From Candidatus Marinacidobacterales bacterium (GTDB lineage Bacteria > Acidobacteriota > Vicinamibacteria > Marinacidobacterales > DATDRI01), in NCBI GenBank assembly GCA_965226495.1, contig OZ245365.1:4448001-4512000 (forward strand): a stretch of 64,000 nucleotides of DNA, given 5' to 3'. Under the pieces are notes generated by a model. It saw nothing but the letters and a program-made list of their open reading frames with translations, had not been told where the DNA came from and searched no databases. The first letter of the stretch is position 1. Each line of letters starts with the position of its first letter. The translations under genes were made by a program, and so were the position numbers. Below are positions 18,189 through 26,468 of the stretch, in pieces.

Positions 18189-20849
18189 TCATCTTGTCGG
18201 GACGAGGCGCTTCAGCTCCCCGAACCAATTGAGGACGACATTGATTTGCATGGCGGCCGCCGAGCTCTCTTCGGCTCGAACCATCAGAAACCGGCCATCC
18301 CGCGCTACGTCGTAGCCGGTGCCGGGATTTCCACCTGGAACGACCGATAGATCGCCTCCCTCGAAGAGCAAAGTGGGGCTCCCCGGAGCAAACTGCGGCT
18401 CCGTGGAGATGGCGACCGCCATCATCTTGTCGCCAATCCGGTAGAAGATCTCCCCGCCGTCGCGGGACCACAAGGGCTCCGTGCCACCCTCGGTCGATAT
18501 CTGCACCTTGCCACCGGGGCCGGGGAAAGGCCTCAAGAAGATCTCTTCTCGACCGGAATCGTTGGAGACATAAGCCAGCCAGCGATCGTTGGGTGAGAGC
18601 ATCCCGGTGTGCTCTTCGAAGGAGGTTTGAAGAAGCATCTCCGGCTCGCTCTCACCCTCCAGGCGCACCATCCCGATGTCTCGGCCTGTGGTTTCACTAT
18701 TTTGTCTGAAGACGATCGTCTTCCCATCCGATGAGATCGATGTGGGTATGCGATAGGCCCCCGTCGTCAGTTGCTCGGCGGTGCCGCTTCCGTCCGCGGG
18801 CTTGGAGAAGATATTGAAGTTCACGCCCCCACCCCGGTTCGATCCGAAGATGACCCGCTCACCGCCTGGAGACCAGAGGGGCCTTGCATTCTGTCCACCG
18901 AATGTCAGTCGGGTCAAGGTGCCGCGCCCCAGCTCGAGCAACCAGATGTCATAGGCGTTCGATTCTTGGATAAAAACGGCGAGGCGCTTGCCGTCTGGTG
19001 AGAGGCGAGGGTCTATATACTGCTGCAAAGTTCCCGCCGCAGGCTGCTCGACTCCTTGACGATCGACCCAGACCAGTTTCCTCTCCACCGCAGCACCCAG
19101 GCCATAGACGAGCGTTCCATCGTCGGCCACCGCGAAGAGCGCCCTACCGTCACCGGGGTCGGCTCCAACGCCTTCGATGACAGGACTGGGCTCTCCGGTC
19201 GGTTCGATGCGGTCGGCATCAAATGGCATGGCAAAGAGTGTGGCCTCGCGGGCATAGAGCAGGTGACCCGAGGAAGCGTAGCGCGGATAGGTCCCACCCC
19301 GGTGCACGACTTTCCTTTCGCCCGTCTCGAGGAGAACCGCTTCGAGGGTCGCGTCGTTGAACGACCCGCCCGTTCGCACGACGAAAAGCACCGCCTCCCC
19401 GTTCGGTAGAAACCACGGCCAGTGGTGGCTGGACTCACCTTCGCTCAACGTCGTGAGTTCGACCGGAGCCCCGCCGGAAGCGGGCACACGATAGAGCCCG
19501 GTTCTACTGGCATAAACGATCGTATCGTCGGGTCCCCAGGTGCCGCCGTGGGTGTTCTGCGCATCGGCAATGGTAAGCGCCGCGCCACCAACGACCGACA
19601 CCTTCTTCAGAGCATCGGAAGTGAAGAACGCCAGCCACCGACCATCGGGCGAGAAGAAAGAGACGCGGGCGTTTTCGGTGCCGCTGAGCGGTGTGGGTTC
19701 CAGGCTGTCGAGGGACCGGATGTAGAGCTGTCTATTTCCACCGGGCATCTGGCCCACGAAGGCCAGCATCTTCCCGTCCGAAGAAAGCGTCGGCGCCCCG
19801 CCCGGTCCCGTCCATAGTTGAACATCGTCGGCACCGAGGTTCACGGAAAAACGCACCGGTGGTTCAGGCGCGCTTGCGGTCGGCCACAACGCCCAGAGTG
19901 TTGCCAACAATGTGATGGTGAGGACACCGGCAATGCCCTGCCAAAGCATGTTGGCTCGAGGCTTCGCTCTCTCGGACGGCGCGACAACATCGGGCTCGGC
20001 GAGGATTTCTTGAATCTCGACACGGACGTCTCCGATCGCTTGGAGGCGGTTTTTGCGATCTTTCCTGAGGCATCGGCGCAAGAGGTTCTGGACCCGCGGG
20101 TCGAGATCAGAAACCGCGGTCCAATCGGGCTCCATTTTGATGATGCTCGCCAGAACGTCCGAGACCTCATCCCCGCCGAACGCCTTCCGTCCCGTCAACA
20201 TCTCGTAGAGCACGATACCGAAGGAGAAGATGTCGCTGCGTTTATCAACCGCTTTGCCTTTCGCCTGCTCCGGGCTCATGTAAGCCGCGGTGCCCAGAAT
20301 CACACCCGCTCGCGTCGAGTCTCGGCTCAGTGTCGGAGAGAAGGACGAATCACTGTCGGGCGTTTCTTCCGTGAAGGCCTTGGCCAGTCCGAAGTCGAGT
20401 ACCTTCACTTGGCCTTCGGGATTGACCTTGATGTTGGCGGGCTTGAGGTCGCGATGGATGACGCCCTTTTCGTGCGCGGCCTCCAGTGCCTCAGCTATTT
20501 GTTGAGAGAGCGTCATCGCCTCATCGACGGGGAGTGGCCCGCGGGCAATCCGCTCGGCGAGCGTTTCCCCATCGACAAGCTCCATGACCAAGAACGGCTT
20601 GGTTTCGAACTCCTCGACTCCATAGAGCGTGGCTATCCCAGGATGATTCAGCGCGGCCAGGAGCCTCGCCTCTCGCTCGAATCGGGCTAGCCGTTCTTCG
20701 TTCTGCGTGAACTCTTCGGGTAGGACTTTGATCGCGACGTCACGACCGAGTTTGGTGTCTCGAGCGCTGTAGACTTCGCCCATTCCCCCCGCACCAATAG
20801 GTGCGAGGATCTCGTAGAGACCGAGACGCTGACCCGCGCTAAGAGCCAT
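18189..20849 (-). CDS. Ser/Thr protein kinase with TM helix and TolB-like beta-propeller (tandem paralog)
   Basis: GAGGMGEVY, HRDLKPANI, DFG, YMSPEQ; long stretches identical to 15426-18086; same C-terminus INVVLNWFGEL.RLVPTR. Confidence 0.95.
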   Translation of the reverse strand: MALSAGQRLGLYEILAPIGAGGMGEVYSARDTKLGRDVAIKVLPEEFTQNEERLARFEREARLLAALNHPGIATLYGVEEFETKPFLVMELVDGETLAERIARGPLPVDEAMTLSQQIAEALEAAHEKGVIHRDLKPANIKVNPEGQVKVLDFGLAKAFTEETPDSDSSFSPTLSRDSTRAGVILGTAAYMSPEQAKGKAVDKRSDIFSFGIVLYEMLTGRKAFGGDEVSDVLASIIKMEPDWTAVSDLDPRVQNLLRRCLRKDRKNRLQAIGDVRVEIQEILAEPDVVAPSERAKPRANMLWQGIAGVLTITLLATLWALWPTASAPEPPVRFSVNLGADDVQLWTGPGGAPTLSSDGKMLAFVGQMPGGNRQLYIRSLDSLEPTPLSGTENARVSFFSPDGRWLAFFTSDALKKVSVVGGAALTIADAQNTHGGTWGPDDTIVYASRTGLYRVPASGGAPVELTTLSEGESSHHWPWFLPNGEAVLFVVRTGGSFNDATLEAVLLETGERKVVHRGGTYPRYASSGHLLYAREATLFAMPFDADRIEPTGEPSPVIEGVGADPGDGRALFAVADDGTLVYGLGAAVERKLVWVDRQGVEQPAAGTLQQYIDPRLSPDGKRLAVFIQESNAYDIWLLELGRGTLTRLTFGGQNARPLWSPGGERVIFGSNRGGGVNFNIFSKPADGSGTAEQLTTGAYRIPTSISSDGKTIVFRQNSETTGRDIGMVRLEGESEPEMLLQTSFEEHTGMLSPNDRWLAYVSNDSGREEIFLRPFPGPGGKVQISTEGGTEPLWSRDGGEIFYRIGDKMMAVAISTEPQFAPGSPTLLFEGGDLSVVPGGNPGTGYDVARDGRFLMVRAEESSAAAMQINVVLNWFGELKRLVPTR

Positions 20850-20851
20850 GG

Positions 20852-20900
20852 CCCCTCACCCTACCCTCTCCCAGAGGGAGAGGGAATAAAGGAAGGAAGC
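20852..20900. repeat. REP-like element CCCCTCACCCTACCCTCTCCC-AGA-GGGAGAGGG
   Basis: 9-bp perfect stem, then tail AATAAAGGAAGGAAGC; abuts the kinase start codon. Confidence 0.7.
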
Positions 20901-21038
20901 CAGCATCATTGTGGTGAAAATAGCCCTTCACACGCTCTGAAGTCAATGGGAGACGAACCTTGCCCGGCCGAGGACAAGACGAGGATGAGCTTTGCGGGAG
21001 GAGTCTCGTCGGCCCGGCCATTCGTCCTCCCCGTCTCG

Positions 21039-21359
21039 TTAGTCGGCTGTTTCCAGCGTCGAGGTGTCGAGTAGCTGAGCGCCATGGAGGACGCGCACGA
21101 CCCAGACCGTGGTGCCTTCAATCCGAAAGATGGTGCGGTAGGGACCCGAGACGATGTGGCGGTATTCAACGCCGATGTCGTCTGCCTCCGGAACCACGGG
21201 GCAGCGCTTGGGAAGCTGAGATAGCGTCCTGATTTGACGTTCAAACTCAGCGAACCACTGCGCAGCTCTGACCGGTGAATCCCGCTCGATGTAATCATAG
21301 ATACCGAGTGCATCCCGCTCAGCAGAGCGGGCGATCTCAACTCGGTATCTTTTTGGCAC
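21039..21359 (-). CDS. Type II toxin, RelE/ParE family
   Basis: YRVEIARSAERD...IYDYIERDSP..A..W...LSQLPKRCP...YRTIFRI...VWVVRVLHGAQ; overlaps the upstream antitoxin. Confidence 0.9.
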   Translation of the reverse strand: MPKRYRVEIARSAERDALGIYDYIERDSPVRAAQWFAEFERQIRTLSQLPKRCPVVPEADDIGVEYRHIVSGPYRTIFRIEGTTVWVVRVLHGAQLLDTSTLETAD

Positions 21360-21621
21360 GCTTGACTTCCTTCAGGAACGCGCTTGCCGAGCGTGTACGC
21401 CCTCGCCGGATGTCCTCCTCGCCCTCGGCCAGAAGCCCAACGAGATTCAGGGCCTTCAACTTTCGCTCGAAGGTTTCCACATCGATCAAGACAGCATCTG
21501 GCTTTCCGTTGACTGTAACGACTACGGGTCGGCCCGTCTCCCGTATCTGCTCGAGCACCGCCCGCAGGTTCTTCTTCAGCTCCGAGACGGTCTTGACGTC
21601 CTCGGTTAAGCTAAATGCCAC
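21337..21621 (-). CDS. Type II antitoxin, Phd/YefM family
   Basis: VSELKKNLRAVLEQIRETGRPVVVTVNGKPDAVLIDVETFE; precedes and overlaps the toxin. Confidence 0.92.
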   Translation of the reverse strand: MAFSLTEDVKTVSELKKNLRAVLEQIRETGRPVVVTVNGKPDAVLIDVETFERKLKALNLVGLLAEGEEDIRRGRTRSASAFLKEVKRAKKIPS

Positions 21622-21633
21622 GACGCCCCCCTT

Positions 21634-21689
21634 TTTTAGTATTCAATTTAGTATATTAAAGAGTACCTTTTGGAGTCCCCGGATGTCAA
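21634..21689 (-). promoter_or_regulatory. Sigma-70 promoter and putative operator of the TA operon
   Basis: Minus strand TTGACA-N18-TACTCT, followed by an AT-rich direct repeat ATACTAAA x2. Confidence 0.5.
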
Positions 21690-21907
21690 ATCCCTGCCCC
21701 CGAGTACTTTTCAGGTACTTTCTCGCCTGATAGGACCGGCCTCAGCCGGTGGCTTGGCTTGCCCGGGCGAGATTTTCTCGAGCGGTTGCCTCAAAGGCCT
21801 AGGGTCGGGTACGATGCCGCCCTCGCTCCCCCAAAGCGAGAAAGCACCGGACGCACCCTCCCAACCAGCCGTCCTGGATTCATTAATGATAACCAAAGGA
21901 CGAAATC

Positions 21908-22535
21908 ATGAGACTCATCATCGCGGGTATCGCGATCCTCCTATGGGGGGCCGCCGCCCAGGCTGACGAAAGGCAAGAGAAAGAAGAAGATACAGACGCT
22001 GAATCGGAAGAAGTCGAGCTCGTTTTGAGTGCGGAGCATCCTTGTCTGGCGGTCAAAGATTGTGGCGGACCGATCCTTCTAGAGATTCCTGAAAAGGACA
22101 CCCGCAAGCAAGCGGAACCGATGCCGGGGTTTTTTGCCTCGTTAATGGTGACCTCGTTCGCCGACTTCGCCAGCACCGAAATCGCTCTCAGAAACGGGGC
22201 CGAAGAGGCGAATCCGCTAAGTCGAGCTCGTTTTGAGTGCGGAGCATCCTTGTCTGGCGGTCAAAGATTGTGGCGGACCGATCCTTCTAGAGATTCCTGA
22301 AAAGGACACCCGCAAGCAAGCGGAACCGATGCCGGGGTTTTTTGCCTCGTTAATGGTGACCTCGTTCGCCGACTTCGCCAGCACCGAAATCGCTCTCAGA
22401 AACGGGGCCGAAGAGGCGAATCCGCTAATGCAGAATCTACGAATCGCCGCCAGCGTCGCCGCCCCTCTCGCCGTCTACTTGGGAAGAAGCTGGGCCCGAA
22501 GACGCGGATCGCGTTGTACATTGGAGTGTCGGTAG
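21908..22535 (+). pseudogene. Secreted/membrane protein with DUF5658-like EANP motif, disrupted by a tandem duplication
   Basis: AAGGA RBS, signal peptide, ADFASTEIALRNGAEEANPLM; split into 21908-22300 and 22233-22535 by a 208-bp duplication. Confidence 0.7.
22013..22428. repeat. Perfect 208-bp tandem duplication
   Basis: 22013-22220 is repeated at 22221-22428 (GTCGAGCTCGTTTTGAG...GAATCCGCTAA). Confidence 0.95.
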
Positions 22536-22639
22536 GCTGGGCGTACGTGGCTATGCACAACGTCAATCAGTAGCCGGCGCATTGAAAACGGGCGGACGGA
22601 CCGGGGTTGGATCCGTCTGGACGAGATTGTCTCGAGGGG

Positions 22640-23566
22640 TCAGTCCTCCGCCAACCAGCAGCGGGCTTGGTGGGATTCCGAAATCTGAAACATCGGTGGT
22701 TCTTCCTCCCGGCATCGCGCTTCGACGTATGGGCAGCGGTTGGCGAAGCGGCAACCGGACTCCGGACGACTGAGCTCAGTTAGTTCTCCTTGAACAGCCG
22801 CGCCGTCGAGGTCTGCCGCCGCGAGCAGTGCTTGGGTGTAAGGATGGGCCGCCATCGAGAAGATCTCTTCGGTGGGAGCGCTCTCCACGACTTGCCCGAG
22901 GTACATCACCAAGACTCGGTGCGCCAAGAAGCGAACGACGCCAAGGTCGTGTGAAACGAAAAGATAGGCGAGTCCTTTCTTCTCCTGTAGCTCGATCAAC
23001 AGATTCACGATCTGGCCACGGACCGAGAGGTCGAGTGCCGAGGTGGGCTCGTCCAAGAAGATAAACTCCGGATCGGTGGCCAACGCCCGAGCGATGCTGA
23101 CACGTTGAAGCTGACCGCCGCTCATCTCGGTTCTTCGTCGGTTCGAGAACCTTTGGTCGAGACCGACTTGACTCAAGAGATCTCCGATTCGCTCGTTTCT
23201 CTCCGACGCGGGGTAATGTCGCAAGGAGTCTCGTAGCGTCCCTTCAACCGAGTAGACCGGATTTATCGATCCGAGCGGATTCTGGAAGACGATCTGCATG
23301 CGTCGCCTGAAGGGACGGAGGGCGCTGGTCCCAAGCTTTTGGATCTCGACACCGTCGAAATCGATCCGCCCTTCGTCTGGTTCCACGAGACGAACCAAGC
23401 ACCGCCCCACTGTCGATTTGCCGCACCCACTTTCACCGACGAGGCCCAGCGTTTCGCCGCGTTCGATTTGGAAAGACGCCCCATCGACCGCAGTCACGCT
23501 ATCGCGCCCGGCGAGAAAACCGTAGCGTCGAAAACGCTTGGTCAAACCGTCAACGTCGATGAGCAT
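22640..23566 (-). CDS. Oligopeptide/dipeptide ABC transporter ATP-binding protein (DppF/OppF-like)
   Basis: GESGCGKST, MSGGQLQR, DEPTSALD, HPYT, GCRFANRCP. Confidence 0.95.
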   Translation of the reverse strand: MLIDVDGLTKRFRRYGFLAGRDSVTAVDGASFQIERGETLGLVGESGCGKSTVGRCLVRLVEPDEGRIDFDGVEIQKLGTSALRPFRRRMQIVFQNPLGSINPVYSVEGTLRDSLRHYPASERNERIGDLLSQVGLDQRFSNRRRTEMSGGQLQRVSIARALATDPEFIFLDEPTSALDLSVRGQIVNLLIELQEKKGLAYLFVSHDLGVVRFLAHRVLVMYLGQVVESAPTEEIFSMAAHPYTQALLAAADLDGAAVQGELTELSRPESGCRFANRCPYVEARCREEEPPMFQISESHQARCWLAED

Positions 23567-23569
23567 GGT

Positions 23570-24529
23570 CTAGATCGTTTTCTCTCGGTAAAGAAGACAC
23601 CGCACCCATTGACCGATGTGAATCTCGTATGGCAACGGTTCGTACGAACGGCACTCGTCCATCACGTCCGGGCAGCGATTCGCAAAGGCACATCCCGCGA
23701 TCGGATTGCGGAGATCCGGGACACTACCTGGAACGAACGCCATGCGATCCGCTTTAGGATTTAAGCAGGATAGGAGCGCCCTGGTGTAAGGATGGGCGGG
23801 ACCGCCAAGGACCTGATCGCGGGATCCGAACTCTACGACTTGACCGGCGTACATCACCGCCAAGAAATCGCAGGCCTTTCGAATGAGGCCCATGTCGTGG
23901 GAGATCAAAAGCACCGTGGTTTCAGCCTCTCGTACTCGTTCCAACAATTTGGCGAGCACCTGTTGCTGTACGGTTACGTCCAAACCCGAGGTGGGCTCGT
24001 CGGCGATAAGAACACGGGGCGAGCAAATCAGAGCCATCGCATTCATGACGCGCTGACACTGTCCGCCGGAGAGCTGGTGAGGAAAAGCGTCGAGTTGTTC
24101 TTCGGCATCGGAGAGCCCCACGTCCCGCAGCATCTTAGTGGCCGATTCGAGCGCTACCTCCGCGTTGCTCCCATGGTGCCGTTGGTGAAGGCGTGCGATC
24201 TGTCTTCCAATCGGGATGAGAGGATGGAGCGCTTCTTTGGCGTTTTGGAAAATGATGGCGAGCTCTCGTCCTCGGACGCCTTCCCAATCGTCTTCGGTGA
24301 GCGTCAGCAAGTCACGACCGTCCAGGCGAATCCTTCCGGAAACGATTCGTGCGTTTCCCGGGAGAAGCCCCATGGCGGCGAGCGCCGTCATGCTCTTGCC
24401 GGATCCAGTTTCTCCGACGAGGCCCGTCACCTTTCCGGGAGCGAGCTCGAGATCGACACCCCGCAGCACCTGAACGGGATGACTCCCCTCGCCGAGTTGC
24501 ACGCGTAGCTCCCGGACTCGAAGGCTCAT
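23570..24529 (-). CDS. Oligopeptide/dipeptide ABC transporter ATP-binding protein (DppD/OppD-like)
   Basis: GETGSGKS, FPHQLSGGQ, DEPTSGLD, HPYT, GCAFANRCP. Confidence 0.95.
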   Translation of the reverse strand: MSLRVRELRVQLGEGSHPVQVLRGVDLELAPGKVTGLVGETGSGKSMTALAAMGLLPGNARIVSGRIRLDGRDLLTLTEDDWEGVRGRELAIIFQNAKEALHPLIPIGRQIARLHQRHHGSNAEVALESATKMLRDVGLSDAEEQLDAFPHQLSGGQCQRVMNAMALICSPRVLIADEPTSGLDVTVQQQVLAKLLERVREAETTVLLISHDMGLIRKACDFLAVMYAGQVVEFGSRDQVLGGPAHPYTRALLSCLNPKADRMAFVPGSVPDLRNPIAGCAFANRCPDVMDECRSYEPLPYEIHIGQWVRCLLYREKTI

Positions 24530-25329
24530 GCTTCCCTATCCACCACGGCGTGAATGCGATCGCCCATGAGCTGAAAGGCGTAGACCCCAATCACAATAGC
24601 AATGCCGGGAAAGAACGAGACCCACCATTGGCCGGTCACGATGTAATTGGCACCCTGCTGCACCATCAGTCCCCACTCGGGCTCCGGAACCTTCACTCCA
24701 AGGCCGAGGAAAGAAAGGCCGGCGATGATCTGGATGGACCAGGCGCAGTTGATGGAGAACTGAGCCATTACCGGGCCGACGGTGTTAGGCAGGATGTGGC
24801 GAAAAACGATGGCCAGAGTTCCGTGCCCTGCGGCCCTCGCGGCTTCGACGAACTCGGCAGATCGCATCGGCATCACCACGCTACGCACAATCTTTACGTA
24901 AACCGGTATGTTGATGATGGCAATGACTACGACCAAGTTTGTCAGGGTCACGCCGAGGGCAGTTAGGACAGCCATGGCAAAGAGTACAACCGGAAACGAT
25001 TGGATGATCTCGGTTATCCTCTGAAGTAAGTTGTCTGACCAACCTCCTAGATAGCCGCTCAGCGCCCCGAGGATGGACCCGAACCCCATCGCCAGACCGG
25101 CGGCAGAAAACGCAAGGAGGAGATCCGTCCGAGCTCCGTAAAGAATGCGGGTGAAGATATCCATCCCGAACCCATCGGTCCCAAACCAGTTCTGGGCGGA
25201 TGGCGGGAGCAAACGCTTCGACGAGTCGAGACCGACGGGGTCGTGGCTCATCAAGAGTGGACCGAAGATCGCCAACAAGAACAAGAAGATCAAAAGCCAC
25301 ACCGAGCGGGATGCAAGAAGCTGGCGCAC
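24526..25329 (-). CDS. Peptide ABC transporter permease (DppC/OppC-like)
   Basis: PPSAQNWFGTDGFGMDIF, EFVEAARAAG, RHILPN, LSFLGLG, PEWG. Confidence 0.95.
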   Translation of the reverse strand: MRQLLASRSVWLLIFLFLLAIFGPLLMSHDPVGLDSSKRLLPPSAQNWFGTDGFGMDIFTRILYGARTDLLLAFSAAGLAMGFGSILGALSGYLGGWSDNLLQRITEIIQSFPVVLFAMAVLTALGVTLTNLVVVIAIINIPVYVKIVRSVVMPMRSAEFVEAARAAGHGTLAIVFRHILPNTVGPVMAQFSINCAWSIQIIAGLSFLGLGVKVPEPEWGLMVQQGANYIVTGQWWVSFFPGIAIVIGVYAFQLMGDRIHAVVDREA

Positions 25330-26336
25330 TAGGTTCGCGTCCTGGGATCGATGAGCAGCTGCAACAGATCGAGACCCACATAGAGGGTGACGTAGATGAG
25401 CGCGCTGACCAAGACCACGCCTTGAACTGCGGCGTAGTCACTCGCGTTCATAGCCTGCAGAGCGTAAAGCCCCATGCCCGGCCAAGAGAAAACGCTTTCC
25501 ACCAGAACCGTTCCACCGAGCAGGAACCCGAAGGAGATGCCGACGATATTGAGAACCGGCAAAAAACCCAGCCAAAAGGCACGAAAGATCCACTCACGAC
25601 GCGGAAGTCCCAGCGCGCGGGAAGCGAGTATCGGTTGAGAGTCCAGAGCGGCTCTCAGGCTGACGCGGATCTGGTTCAAGATGGGAGCCTGCACCGCGAG
25701 CGCTAGCGTGAGGCTTGGGAGAATCAACGCTCGAGCCGCCAACCAGAAAAGCGAGAGATCCCCCGCTACCAAAGTGTCGATGAGTAAGAGACCGGTGAAA
25801 CGAGGCGGCATCGTCGCCAGAGGCAATCGACCCATCGGCGGCGGGAAGAGTTGGAGCCTGAAGAAGAACACGTAGATCAACATCAACCCCAGCCAAAACT
25901 GAGGCACCGCCACGCCGCCGGTGGAGACGAAACGAGCAAAGCGATTCCATCGCGTCCCTGGTTTGAGGGCCGCCAGAGATCCAAGTGGAAAGGCAATCAG
26001 CAGAGCCAGAACGAACGAAACCAGGGCGAGCTCGAGCGTGGCGGGAAAGCGCTCATAGATATCGGTGGTGACCGGATTGGATGTCGTCCAGGCATCCCCC
26101 AAGTCACCTCGCAGTAGACCTCCCATATAGATGAAGTACTGTTCGACGATCGGCCGGTCGAATCCGTATTGGGCCATCGCTTCTTGGATTGTCGCCTCAT
26201 CGGCACGATTCCCCACGATGAGATAGACGGGATTGCCAGGAAGCAGTCGGGCGACGACGAAGGTGACCAGCGTGACGCCCCAGACGACGACGAGCGCGAG
26301 GGCCAACCGCCGCAAAGCTTGCTGTACGAGTCTCAT
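25329..26336 (-). CDS. Peptide ABC transporter permease (DppB/OppB-like)
   Basis: LPGNPV, GFDRPIVEQY, GDLG, PATLEL, LVESVFSWPGMG, DYAAVQG; start at 26336 (or GTG 26363). Confidence 0.95.
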   Translation of the reverse strand: MRLVQQALRRLALALVVVWGVTLVTFVVARLLPGNPVYLIVGNRADEATIQEAMAQYGFDRPIVEQYFIYMGGLLRGDLGDAWTTSNPVTTDIYERFPATLELALVSFVLALLIAFPLGSLAALKPGTRWNRFARFVSTGGVAVPQFWLGLMLIYVFFFRLQLFPPPMGRLPLATMPPRFTGLLLIDTLVAGDLSLFWLAARALILPSLTLALAVQAPILNQIRVSLRAALDSQPILASRALGLPRREWIFRAFWLGFLPVLNIVGISFGFLLGGTVLVESVFSWPGMGLYALQAMNASDYAAVQGVVLVSALIYVTLYVGLDLLQLLIDPRTRT

Positions 26337-26468
26337 CCTATGCGCCTTCTTGAACGTCGACACGTCTTCGGGGATCGAGTACGATCGCCTCCCGGGTCGG
26401 CGGCCTAGTGCAGTAGGTTATCAGATCGACTCGGGGAATCCATTCCGACTTCGCGCAGGGACGAAATT

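Noticed and set aside
13700-22600. Prophage or integrative element around the HNH, kinase and TA genes
   Set aside because: No integrase, transposase, phage structural genes, tRNA or att-like repeats were seen.
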